Below the pieces are notes generated by a model. The model ran no database searches, had not been told where the DNA came from, and was given only the letters and a program-made list of their open reading frames with translations. A stretch of DNA of 64,000 nucleotides from an uncultured Eubacteriales bacterium (GTDB lineage Bacteria; Bacillota; Clostridia; Oscillospirales; Acutalibacteraceae), in NCBI GenBank assembly GCA_934446475.1, contig CAKSEH010000009.1, positions 10,353 through 74,352 of the forward strand, in the 5' to 3' direction. Within the stretch, counting starts at the first letter, position 1. Each line of letters begins with the position of its first letter. The position numbers and the translations under genes were made by a program. This document shows, one piece after another, positions 45,889 through 54,802 of this stretch.

Positions 45889-46152
45889 ATGTGCGTTAAA
45901 GACGTAGTAATTAAAAATCAAGTGGGTTTACATGCCCGTCCGGCCACCTTCTTTATTCAGAAGGCTAACGAATTTAAATCATCAATATGGGTAGAAAAGG
46001 ATGATCGCAAGGTAAATGCGAAGTCCCTTTTAGGCGTTCTTTCCCTCGGTATTGTAGGCGGAGCAACAATCAAGATTATTGTTGACGGCAGCGATGAAAA
46101 GGAAGCTCTTGATGCTCTCGTTGCCCTTGTTGACTCGGGATTCGCCGACTGA
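45889..46152 (+). CDS. ptsH: Phosphocarrier protein HPr
   Basis: 87 aa from MCVKDVVIKNQVGLHARPA (His15 motif) with NAKSLLGVLSLG (Ser46 motif). AAGGAG lies 9 nt upstream of ATG 45889. Confidence 0.9.
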   Translation: MCVKDVVIKNQVGLHARPATFFIQKANEFKSSIWVEKDDRKVNAKSLLGVLSLGIVGGATIKIIVDGSDEKEALDALVALVDSGFAD

Positions 46153-46186
46153 TTACAACATTTTTCAAAATTATTCATTTTAACAC

Positions 46187-46215
46187 TTGCAAAAGTCTGC
46201 CATATGTGATATAAT
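46187..46215 (+). promoter_or_regulatory. Promoter of tRNA-Pro
   Basis: TTGCAA, 17-nt spacer ending in tgtga, TATAAT (46210-46215). The layout is the same as for the tRNA-fMet promoter. Confidence 0.65.
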
Positions 46216-46256
46216 GTCTTTCGTTGTCACGGCAGGCTTTGCTTGTGTGATAATTT

Positions 46257-46332
46257 CCGGGTGTGGCGCAGCTGGTAGCGCGCTTGACTGGGGGTCAAGA
46301 GGCCGCAAGTTCAAGTCTTGTCACTCGGACCA
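46257..46332 (+). tRNA. tRNA-Pro (GGG)
   Basis: CCGGGTG TG GCGC AGCTGGTA GCGC G CTTGA CTGGGGG TCAAG AGGCC GCAAG TTCAAGT CTTGT CACTCGG A CCA. The cloverleaf folds with one G:U pair in the acceptor stem, and G37 is present. Confidence 0.88.
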
Positions 46333-46335
46333 TAT

Positions 46336-46383
46336 CGAGTGTTCTTAACCAACCTGAAAGTTGGATGAGGACACTCGTTTTTT
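46336..46383 (+). terminator. Terminator after tRNA-Pro
   Basis: cgagtgt ... acactcg stem (with inner ccaac/gttgg pairing) followed by tttttt. Confidence 0.75.
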
Positions 46384-46409
46384 GCCTTTTTGTGTCTTTT
46401 TGTATTTAT

Positions 46410-46437
46410 GAGCAGGAGTCATTCCCTGCTCTTTTTT
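46410..46437 (+). terminator. Second tandem terminator
   Basis: gagcagg agtcattc cctgctc followed by tttttt. Confidence 0.65.
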
Positions 46438-46813
46438 ATATGAATTGTGCATTCGGAGTATATTATTCGGCAAGGACCTTGCGGTTTCTCCTCGGTAATT
46501 GTGCCTGAAAGGGTCGGCTCGCACAAATAAACAGTATATACCGTATGGCGCTGCGACATTTTTAAAAGCACATACTCAACCTTAAGTTGCATATCGGCAA
46601 ACGGATATGTTATACTCATTGTAGGAAAAAGGCTTTATAATATAATCGAAAGGTGCTTTGAGGTAAATATACAGAGTGAATGTTATGTTCGAAAAGATAT
46701 AAGGAAAAGCCGTCTGATTAACGGCAGATGAACTTTGCAAGGTCAAAAGTCTAAAATTTGAAAGCAAGGAATAAAAAATGTTATTCCGAAATGCTGAAAC
46801 GGAGCTGTTTAAT

Positions 46814-47371
46814 ATGACATTTTATCACGGAAGTCCTATTGCAGGGCTTAGCGAATTGCAACCGTTTTTATCTGAGCACGGCAGACCGTATATATATTTT
46901 GCAACAAATCCGTTGGTTGCACTTTTATATGCAGTAAAACCTGTACCCAAACCGTTTAGTTTTTATCCTTACGGTTTTGACAATAACAATAATTTGATTT
47001 ATTCGGAATATTACGAAAATGCATTTTATGATTTATATAAAGGCAAAGTCGGATACTTATATGAGTGCGATAATTTAAAAGAAATAACTGCCCCTACACA
47101 AATAAATTGTGCGTATATATCCGAAAAACCGATAAAAATTGATAGAATAACGGTGATTCCGGATCTTTTTGTGTTTTACAAGGAGCAAGAAAGCAAAGGA
47201 TTATTCAGCATCAGATCTAAAAAAGATATTTCCGAAAAAGAAATGAGTTTTGTTTTTGATGAATTAAGAAAAGATGTTGAAAACAAAAATTTAAAAAATT
47301 CACCGCAACACGAAATGAGCATTTTTATTAAAAAACACTTTCCGACAGTCTGGGAAACATCAAAAAATTAA
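46814..47371 (+). CDS. Hypothetical protein
   Basis: ORF starting MTFYHGSPIAGLSELQP... (the track starts at 46778). I recognise no motif. Confidence 0.55.
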   Translation: MTFYHGSPIAGLSELQPFLSEHGRPYIYFATNPLVALLYAVKPVPKPFSFYPYGFDNNNNLIYSEYYENAFYDLYKGKVGYLYECDNLKEITAPTQINCAYISEKPIKIDRITVIPDLFVFYKEQESKGLFSIRSKKDISEKEMSFVFDELRKDVENKNLKNSPQHEMSIFIKKHFPTVWETSKN

Positions 47372-47581
47372 ATTGCGGCAAACAGGTAATAGCGATATTA
47401 TGGAACAAGTTTTTACATATGTATAGAAAATAATTCGGAATATTACAGACTTAAAATAATCCGAATGAAAATCTTTCCAACCCACAGTTGGGAAAATCCA
47501 ATATCTGCGTTATTGATTAAAGGCATGGTGGTATTTACAATATAAGTGTAGCTACAAGAAATAATTCAGGAGAGCAAAAAT

Positions 47582-48181
47582 ATGGAAAACTTAAAACTTT
47601 ATGACACCATTTCGTTTTACAGGAAAAAGCAAGGCTTAACACAGGAGGAACTTGCAAAGAAATTAGGCGTGACAAATCAATCGGTATCCAAATGGGAGTC
47701 GGCGCAGTGCTGCCCGGATATAGGTTTATTGCCGATGCTTGCCGATATTTTTGAAATCAGCATAGATGAGCTGTTCGGACGAAAAAACGAAAAAGAGATA
47801 CACTATGATCTTTGCTCAGAGCTTCCCTGGAAAGACGATAACGTAATAAGAGTTTTCAGGACTTTGGGGAAGAAGATCCTTCAATCCGCCGACGAAAACG
47901 AGATTATAAACATTACTTTTCCGAAGGAGTGCTATAAATCCGACGGACGGTTTTTTAAGGTTGAAATTATGGGCAATATAAATTGTGATGCGAGCATTAA
48001 CGGAGATGTTGTGTGCCATAAAAACATCGGATGCAATCAAATCAACGGCGATGTCAAAGAGTGCCGCAACAATATGTTCTGTAATGGGGACTTAAACGGA
48101 AATGTAAATTGCGGCGGAAACGTGGATTGTAAAAGAATTAAGGGCAACGTGGAATGTCAGGGCAATATTATTTATAAATAA
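47582..48181 (+). CDS. XRE-family HTH regulator with a C-terminal Cys-ladder repeat domain
   Basis: The N-terminus, FYRKKQGLTQEELAKKLGVTNQSVSKWESAQCCPDIGLLPMLADIF, is a typical HTH_3 domain. The C-terminal 65 aa have Cys at residues 135, 145, 151, 161, 167, 177, 183 and 192 (C-x9-C-x5 periodicity) within NG[DN]V repeats. Confidence 0.8.
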   Translation: MENLKLYDTISFYRKKQGLTQEELAKKLGVTNQSVSKWESAQCCPDIGLLPMLADIFEISIDELFGRKNEKEIHYDLCSELPWKDDNVIRVFRTLGKKILQSADENEIINITFPKECYKSDGRFFKVEIMGNINCDASINGDVVCHKNIGCNQINGDVKECRNNMFCNGDLNGNVNCGGNVDCKRIKGNVECQGNIIYK

Positions 48182-48262
48182 AATGAAAATTAACACCTAA
48201 CCAACCTCAAAAATTTCCGACTATATAGGCGTAATGATCATTATGAAATGCAAGGGTGCAAA

Positions 48263-49909
48263 ATGAAAACAAACGAAATACTAAAGCTGATCGGTGATAA
48301 AGAGTTTCTTGATAAAATTTATCAATTTTCTTACCAAAGATGTGACACTTCTTATGAGGCGGAGGATCTATGCTCGGATATCATTCTCACAGTAATATCC
48401 GCTGTACATAAACAAGAATGCATTGAGAAATTTTATGCTTTTGTGTGGACTGTTGCACGCAGAGTTTATGCTGATTACTGTGAAAAGAGAAATGCCGTGC
48501 GGCAAACAATAAGCATAGAAAACCTTGATTTTACACCGGCGGCAAAAGAAGATCAAATTGATAGTATTATTGAAGAAACGGTCGAGAAAGAACAGATAAA
48601 GAAAATTTTTGCAGAAATTTCTTTTCTGTCAAAAGCATATCGAGAAGTTATGGTGCTTTATTATCTTGATGAAATGAAAATCAAGGACATATCGGAAAAG
48701 CTCGGAATCAGCGAAACCACCGTAAAACAGCGTTTGTTTTTTGCACGAAATACCGTCAGGAAAGAGGTTAAAATTATGAGCGAAAAAACGTATGTATTAA
48801 AGCCTGTCAAACTGGCTGTTTCAGGGAGCGGAAATCCCTGCGGCAACGATCCTCGTTCCAAAATCGAAAGGATGTTTTCTCAAAATCTAATATATTTATG
48901 CAAAGACAAACCAAGGTCGGCAAAGGAGCTATCTGAAGAACTTTGCGTGCCTATGCCTTATATTGAGGAAGAATTGGAAATTCAATGTCACGGCGAAAAC
49001 GGAAAATATGGTATGCTCCGCAAACTTGAAAACGGCAAATATGCATTAAATATTCTTTTGGTTGATTATGATGAGTACGATCAAGCGAATAAAATTTACG
49101 AAAAGCATTTACCCGAATTTTGCGAAGTTATCAAAAGCACTTTGAAAAAGAATGAAGATAAAATACTTTCATTTCCTTATTTAAGCGAACAGAAAGATTT
49201 GCGTTTTATTATGTGGTCTTTGATCTCAAGAACAGTCTGGGATTTTGAAGAAAGAATCAATAGAGTTCTTGCAGAAAAATACTTCTCTGATATTATTCCG
49301 GTTAATAGGGCTTTTTCCTGTGCCGCAGTTGCATTTACAGATGAACAGTATCCTGAATTTGATTTTTATGGCAGCGACGGTATAGATGCAACTTCAATCG
49401 GCGGATATAAATCGGTGTTTGTATCCAACATTTACGGCAAGCGCATTGATAAACACTTCCATTGCGGACACAACTTATCCCACGATCCCAAGCTCTTAAT
49501 GGTACTCAGAACCATTGGAGGAATTGCTATTGACGAATTGTCCGAAAGTGAAAAAGAAATAGCAGCCAAAGCTCTTGAGTGTGGGTATCTCCGCAAGAAC
49601 GGAAATATTATTGAACCTAAAATCATTGTAATTGAAAAAAAGAACGATATGGACTTCTATAATCTCTCTCTTGATCTCAATAACGATATGGGAATGATTA
49701 TCGAACAAATTGCTGCTGAGCTTTCTGTGTTTATGCGAACACACATTCCCGTACATCTAATGAACGAGTATCAGATCTATACGAACCTTATTGCGGGCAT
49801 CAGAATATTGGCAAAAGCAATTGAGGAATGTATTAACGAAGGTCTGCTTGCAGAACCCGAAAACAAGATCGGAGCAGAAGGCGTGCTGATGATTATAGAA
49901 AAACAATAG
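48263..49909 (+). CDS. Sigma-70-family (ECF-like) protein with a roughly 370-aa C-terminal extension
   Basis: Region 2-like segment (YEAEDLCSDIILTV...FYAFVWTVARRVYADY) and region 4 HTH (YREVMVLYYLDEMKIKDISEKLGISETTVKQRLFFARNTVRKEV). I prefer the ATG at 48263. Confidence 0.7.
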   Translation: MKTNEILKLIGDKEFLDKIYQFSYQRCDTSYEAEDLCSDIILTVISAVHKQECIEKFYAFVWTVARRVYADYCEKRNAVRQTISIENLDFTPAAKEDQIDSIIEETVEKEQIKKIFAEISFLSKAYREVMVLYYLDEMKIKDISEKLGISETTVKQRLFFARNTVRKEVKIMSEKTYVLKPVKLAVSGSGNPCGNDPRSKIERMFSQNLIYLCKDKPRSAKELSEELCVPMPYIEEELEIQCHGENGKYGMLRKLENGKYALNILLVDYDEYDQANKIYEKHLPEFCEVIKSTLKKNEDKILSFPYLSEQKDLRFIMWSLISRTVWDFEERINRVLAEKYFSDIIPVNRAFSCAAVAFTDEQYPEFDFYGSDGIDATSIGGYKSVFVSNIYGKRIDKHFHCGHNLSHDPKLLMVLRTIGGIAIDELSESEKEIAAKALECGYLRKNGNIIEPKIIVIEKKNDMDFYNLSLDLNNDMGMIIEQIAAELSVFMRTHIPVHLMNEYQIYTNLIAGIRILAKAIEECINEGLLAEPENKIGAEGVLMIIEKQ

Positions 49910-50276
49910 CAGAAACCCACACTTTGACAATACAACAGCGAATGGTCGGGAAGAGATAATAACGGAAAACTGAAACAGCCTACAACTATGCGGAAAAAAT
50001 GCTTATAACGGTGATTACAACATACGAATAAAAAGGTATGAAGAGGAGCATAACGGAGTTTGATTTTGAAACTAAAAGCCCTCTGTATCTTGCCGAAAAG
50101 CCCGTAAAAAGAAACATTCCGTTATTTGAAAGCTTTAATAAAAGCGTTGCTCCGCCGAATATAAAAAGAGCGGCTCCCGAGGGGATAAGCGAAAACAAAT
50201 CATTTCTTATCTCATATTTTATTTTTTCATTTATTCACCCCATTTCATTACCGGAAAATTTATCGGTTTATATTGT

Positions 50277-51452
50277 TTATTCTTCCAATCTTCCGAAATA
50301 GTCATCTAAGCCTTGATAATCGGCATAACTGTCATAGACATAAGAAGTAGGATAATTAACGGCATAGTAATCGTAATCGTGAAGATATTCGTGAACTTTG
50401 AAAAGCCCTCCGAGATTATGGTCGAAAATTGATTTATTCCAAAGTTTAAGTGCGGTTTTGATGTTCTTTTTCGCCGTATCGTCTTTAATAACGGAAATTG
50501 CATACTCAAGCGCAGACACTACCTCTTTGTTTGCAGAGTAGCTGCGTTCATACCCCGCTATCGGGTCCGTAAATGACTCCCCGCTTTGGACATACTGCCA
50601 ATAAATACTGTCGCTTTCTTTCAGCAAGGAAACATTTTGAAGCAAAAGTCTTTCAATTTCATAATGTGCATTTCGGATTTTTTCCTTTAATTCCTTTGTC
50701 TTTAAATCGTCAAGACCGCTTAGAACCTCTTCCCTCTTTGCCTTAAAATATTCTTCATCGGGATTTTTGAGTTTGGAATTATGCAGGTAATATTTCCTGT
50801 TTGTGAAAGCCAAAATTTCGTTATACACTGTATTTGATATATAAAAATGCTTTTCTTTCCCGTCTTTTATTATAGCGACCTGCGATTTTACATACATACT
50901 GTCATTACACATTTTAATCTTAAACAAACTTTTTCCTTCGTTATTATAAAAGTCAAAGGTCCAATAAATGCTGTTCGTGTCAAATTCTTCAAACTGTTCG
51001 GGCTCTCCCCAATATGTTTCGGACAGGAGTTTAACAAATTTTGTTACGGTTTCTTCATCTTCAATAATATATTGTTTTTTGGATTTGCTTATATAGCTTG
51101 TACCGACTATTTTAGCGACATCATCCGGAAACAATTCGGCGACCTCGTCGGCAGAGGTTCCCGAGAGCAGTTCTTTTGCGTTTACATAGAATTTTTTTAT
51201 TTCCTTAAAGATAGGTTCTCTGACCTCTTTTATACTGCACGCAACCGAAGCCAGACAAATTAAAACGGTGAGCATCACACAGGCGACCCGTTTGCCCGTT
51301 GTATTTATCAATTTTAAAATTCCCTTTTGCTGCTTTATGACACGCCGCATATTAAATTCAAATTCTTGTGAGAAATTATGGGGCGTTGTTATTATACCGA
51401 CTAATTGAGCGTCTGTGAAAGCATTTTTCAGTATAACTCTTGCGTTATCCAT
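50277..51452 (-). CDS. Single-pass membrane protein, anti-sigma-factor-like
   Basis: 391 aa with a short cytoplasmic N-terminus, one TM segment (VACVMLTVLICLASVACS) and a large extracytoplasmic domain. The start overlaps the stop of the upstream sigma gene (ATGGATAA). Confidence 0.6.
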   Translation of the reverse strand: MDNARVILKNAFTDAQLVGIITTPHNFSQEFEFNMRRVIKQQKGILKLINTTGKRVACVMLTVLICLASVACSIKEVREPIFKEIKKFYVNAKELLSGTSADEVAELFPDDVAKIVGTSYISKSKKQYIIEDEETVTKFVKLLSETYWGEPEQFEEFDTNSIYWTFDFYNNEGKSLFKIKMCNDSMYVKSQVAIIKDGKEKHFYISNTVYNEILAFTNRKYYLHNSKLKNPDEEYFKAKREEVLSGLDDLKTKELKEKIRNAHYEIERLLLQNVSLLKESDSIYWQYVQSGESFTDPIAGYERSYSANKEVVSALEYAISVIKDDTAKKNIKTALKLWNKSIFDHNLGGLFKVHEYLHDYDYYAVNYPTSYVYDSYADYQGLDDYFGRLEE

Positions 51453-51999
51453 TAGTTACCTCCGACAATTTATCGATAAGTATTTTTTTACCTCTTACAA
51501 GCTGCATTTTTACCGTTGCCGCTTTTCTGTTGAGCAAAACAGCGGTTTTCTTTACAGAATAATCTTTTGCATAATGTAAATACAGAACTTCATTATACGG
51601 CGAGGATATGCTTGTAATCAACGATACGAGTTCCCTGTATTCGATCTCGCTTACTAAATTATTAAGAGAATTTTCGTCAATAACGTCTTCTCTTTCGCTT
51701 AGCGGAAGTTGTGTTATCTTTGGTGATTTTCTTATGTAATCGTAGGCTTGGTTTTTGGTTATGACAATTAAAAAGGATACCGTTTCTTTGCTTTTAATAT
51801 CCCCTACCGATTTGATATTTTTTGCTATTTTTATGAAAGCCTCCTGCAAAATGTCTTCGGCGTCTTTTTCGTTTTTAACAATATTAAGAGCCTGATAAAA
51901 CAGCAAGCTCTTATATCTGTAATAAATTGTTTCGAATTTATTTTTCTCGTCTGTATTTAAATTTACCGACGAAAGAATAATACAAAGCAACAATATCAC
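51445..51999 (-). CDS. ECF-type sigma-70 family RNA polymerase sigma factor
   Basis: Region 2 (DAEDILQEAFIKIAKNI...ITKNQAYDYIRK) and region 4 (YNEVLYLHYAKDYSVKKTAVLLNRKAATVKMQLVRGKKIL). The exact start is uncertain (GTG or TTG candidates). Confidence 0.78.
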   Translation of the reverse strand: MILLLCIILSSVNLNTDEKNKFETIYYRYKSLLFYQALNIVKNEKDAEDILQEAFIKIAKNIKSVGDIKSKETVSFLIVITKNQAYDYIRKSPKITQLPLSEREDVIDENSLNNLVSEIEYRELVSLITSISSPYNEVLYLHYAKDYSVKKTAVLLNRKAATVKMQLVRGKKILIDKLSEVTNG

Positions 52000-52064
52000 C
52001 TCTCACTTAATAAAACGAATATTAAAAGAGTTTTGATTACAAAATTTAAAACCTATCAAAAAAT

Positions 52065-52802
52065 TTAATTTTCTTTTCTGTACCTGTTTGGAGTCATACC
52101 GCATTTTTTCTTAAATATATTGCAAAAGTAATGTTCATCGGCAAAGTTTAAAATATTTGCGATTTCGCCGATTGTAACCGATGAATTTTTGATAAGTCTT
52201 TTTGCGGTATCTAACTTTCTGTCAAGAATATAAGAATAAACCGTCAAGCCGTATTGCCTTTTAAAAAGTCTGCCGAGTTGTGAAACGGAAAATCCGAACT
52301 TCTGCGCAACCTGTTGGGCATTTAATTTATCGTAAATATTACTGTCTATATAGCTCTTTACTTTTTCGGCTTGATTTAAAGGGGTTTTATCGGAATTTTC
52401 GGAAAGTCTTTGCACCATACGGTGGAACACAATTGCACCGAATTTATTTATACTGTCTACAGTCCGATTTTGTGTGCAATAATCGAAAAATTCATCAAAA
52501 AGATCTTCCATAAAGGTATTCGGAAAGTGAATTTTTCCGCTCGGTAAGTATACGTTTATAAGCTCTTTACAAAGTGTCCCGGAAAAGTTTATCCATTTCT
52601 TAAGCCAAGGATTGTTTTTCTCCGAATAATAACGGTGCTGTGAGCCGGCGGGCAAAATATATGCGTCTCCCTTTTTAATATGGTACGACTGACCATCGCA
52701 TATAATCGTTCCGGCACCCTCAACAACGTATTCAATAACATAAAGGTCCGAACACTTACGGTATATTGAATAAGCAGGATCCGGATATGTTATTCCCGAC
52801 AA
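52065..52802 (-). CDS. AraC-family transcriptional regulator (cupin + HTH); the 5' end may be disrupted
   Basis: GITYPDPAYSIYR...GDAYILPAGSQHRY cupin, with a C-terminal AraC HTH (...IANILNFADEHYFCNIFKKKCGMTPNRYR). The only in-frame start is TTG at 52802, while an ATG-initiated 18-codon ORF lies upstream in another frame. Confidence 0.8.
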   Translation of the reverse strand: MSGITYPDPAYSIYRKCSDLYVIEYVVEGAGTIICDGQSYHIKKGDAYILPAGSQHRYYSEKNNPWLKKWINFSGTLCKELINVYLPSGKIHFPNTFMEDLFDEFFDYCTQNRTVDSINKFGAIVFHRMVQRLSENSDKTPLNQAEKVKSYIDSNIYDKLNAQQVAQKFGFSVSQLGRLFKRQYGLTVYSYILDRKLDTAKRLIKNSSVTIGEIANILNFADEHYFCNIFKKKCGMTPNRYRKEN

Positions 52803-52967
52803 AATGAGTTTAAACGGTAAAAAAGCCGAGATCGTCCGACGGTGCAGTCACAAAAATTTTTTCCATATGCTTAAAATCTTCACTTTTTTGCTCAAAATAT
52901 CTATTTATTACCCCTGATTATAATGATATTATACAATAAACAACAAAAGTCTTCAAGGGAGGAAAAT

Positions 52968-54731
52968 ATGATTATGAGTATAAATACCGTTCCACGCCCC
53001 GAACACCCGCAGCCTATGATGAGAAGAGAAAATTGGTTAAGTCTCAACGGAGAATGGATGTTTGAATTTGACTTTGGGTCCTCAGGAACAGAGAGACAGC
53101 TTTTTAAGCCTGAAAAAGACGGTGAGTACACAAAAAAGATAACAGTACCGTTCTGTCCCGAAAGCGAACTTTCGGGAATAGGTTATAAGGATTTTATTGA
53201 CAGCGTTTGGTATAAACGCAAGATAAAACTAACAAAGGATCGGTTAAACGGCAGAGTTTTGCTCCACTTCGGAGCGGTAGATTATCGGTGTACCGTATAT
53301 GTAAACGGAAAAACAGCAGGCAGCCATTGCGGCGGTTACAGCTCGTTTTCGCTTGATATTACAGAACTTTTGTCCGAAGGCGAAAATGATATTACGGTAA
53401 GCGCAACGGATGATGTTCGAAGCAGAAAGCAACCGAGAGGAAAACAGGCGGGCAGTTATTATTCAAAAGGCTGCGACTATACCCGAACTACGGGAATATG
53501 GCAAAGCGTGTGGCTTGAATTTGTACCGTCCGGCTATATAAAAACCGCAAAATATTATCCCAACATAAAAGAAGGCTCATTTGATATTGAACTTACCGTT
53601 TCTTCTGCCGGAAGACTTAAAGTTGAGGCATATTACGAAAACAGTCAGGTAGGGACAAGCGAAAAAAATATATACGGCAATTTTGTACGCATACATTTGC
53701 CCCTTGCGCAAAAGCATTTGTGGGAAGTCGGCAAGGGGAGACTTTATGATTTGAAATTTATCTTCGAGACCGAAAAAGGGACCGATGTTTTATTCAGCTA
53801 TGCAGGATTGCGTGAAGTTACTATAGACGGTTTTAAAGTCTTGATAAACGGCAGGAGTGTTTTCCAGCGTACAGTTTTAGATCAGGGCTTTTATCCTGAC
53901 GGTATCTATACAGCGCCGTCCGATGAAGCACTGAAAAGAGACATTGAGCTTGCAATGAATCTCGGTTTTAACGGTGCAAGGCTTCATCAGAAAATATTTG
54001 AACCCAGATTCTTATATCACTGTGACCGTGCAGGATATCTTGTTTGGGAAGAACACGCAAATTGGGGCATGAACCTTAATAAAGAGGGAGCGCTTTTAAA
54101 CTTCCTGCCGGAATGGAGCGAAATAATAGAACGTGATTTTAATCATCCGGCTATAATCGGTTGGTGTCCTTTTAACGAAACTTGGGGAGAATTCGGTGCG
54201 ACCGCAAGACAGATAATAAAGGCTGTTTATGATGAGACAAAGCGCCTTGACCCGACAAGACCCGTTATAGATGCCTCGGGCGGTTATCACGTTAAGACGG
54301 ATATTTACGATCAACACGATTACGATCAGGACCCTGAAAGCCTTTATAAATCATATAAGGATTACAACGGCACAAAAGAGAGCTTTAAATGGGTATTCTC
54401 GGACATACAGGATTATATTCCGCATCTTCCTTTGTTTTTAAGTGAATTCGGCGGAATAAAATGGATACCCGAAGCAAACCGGGAAACCTCCTCGGAAAAC
54501 GCCTGGGGATACGGCGATGCTCCTATAGTTGAGGATGAATTTTTCACACGATATGAGGGATTCGTTTCATCGCTGCTTAAAATCAAAAATATTATGGGAT
54601 TTTGTTACACACAGCTTTATGATATAGAACAGGAAGTCAACGGACTTTATACATATGAGCGTGCACCTAAATTTCCGGATTACTCAAGGATAATTGCAGC
54701 AAACAATAAAAAAGCCGCTATAGAAGAATAA
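52968..54731 (+). CDS. Glycoside hydrolase family 2 protein
   Basis: RPEHPQPMMRRENWLSLNGEWMFEFD...VLLHFGAVDYRCTVYVNGK...GGYSSFSLDIT and NGARLHQK...WEEHANWG motifs. AGGGAGG precedes ATG 52968. Confidence 0.8.
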   Translation: MIMSINTVPRPEHPQPMMRRENWLSLNGEWMFEFDFGSSGTERQLFKPEKDGEYTKKITVPFCPESELSGIGYKDFIDSVWYKRKIKLTKDRLNGRVLLHFGAVDYRCTVYVNGKTAGSHCGGYSSFSLDITELLSEGENDITVSATDDVRSRKQPRGKQAGSYYSKGCDYTRTTGIWQSVWLEFVPSGYIKTAKYYPNIKEGSFDIELTVSSAGRLKVEAYYENSQVGTSEKNIYGNFVRIHLPLAQKHLWEVGKGRLYDLKFIFETEKGTDVLFSYAGLREVTIDGFKVLINGRSVFQRTVLDQGFYPDGIYTAPSDEALKRDIELAMNLGFNGARLHQKIFEPRFLYHCDRAGYLVWEEHANWGMNLNKEGALLNFLPEWSEIIERDFNHPAIIGWCPFNETWGEFGATARQIIKAVYDETKRLDPTRPVIDASGGYHVKTDIYDQHDYDQDPESLYKSYKDYNGTKESFKWVFSDIQDYIPHLPLFLSEFGGIKWIPEANRETSSENAWGYGDAPIVEDEFFTRYEGFVSSLLKIKNIMGFCYTQLYDIEQEVNGLYTYERAPKFPDYSRIIAANNKKAAIEE

Positions 54732-54745
54732 ATCATCCATTAAAA

Positions 54746-54784
54746 AATCGGAGCTGCCAGGCGTTTAGCCGAACAGCTCCGATT
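54746..54784. terminator. Hairpin between the convergent GH2 and putP genes
   Basis: aatcggagctg / cagctccgatt, an 11-bp stem with A-run upstream. Confidence 0.5.
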
Positions 54785-54802
54785 GATTTATCTTTATTTG
54801 CA

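Noticed and set aside
49986-50301. 70-aa hydrophobic minus-strand ORF and the overlapping 87-aa plus-strand ORF between the sigma-like and anti-sigma-like genes
   Set aside because: The two exclude each other, and neither has a convincing RBS or start context. I could not decide from the sequence alone, so I did not call either.
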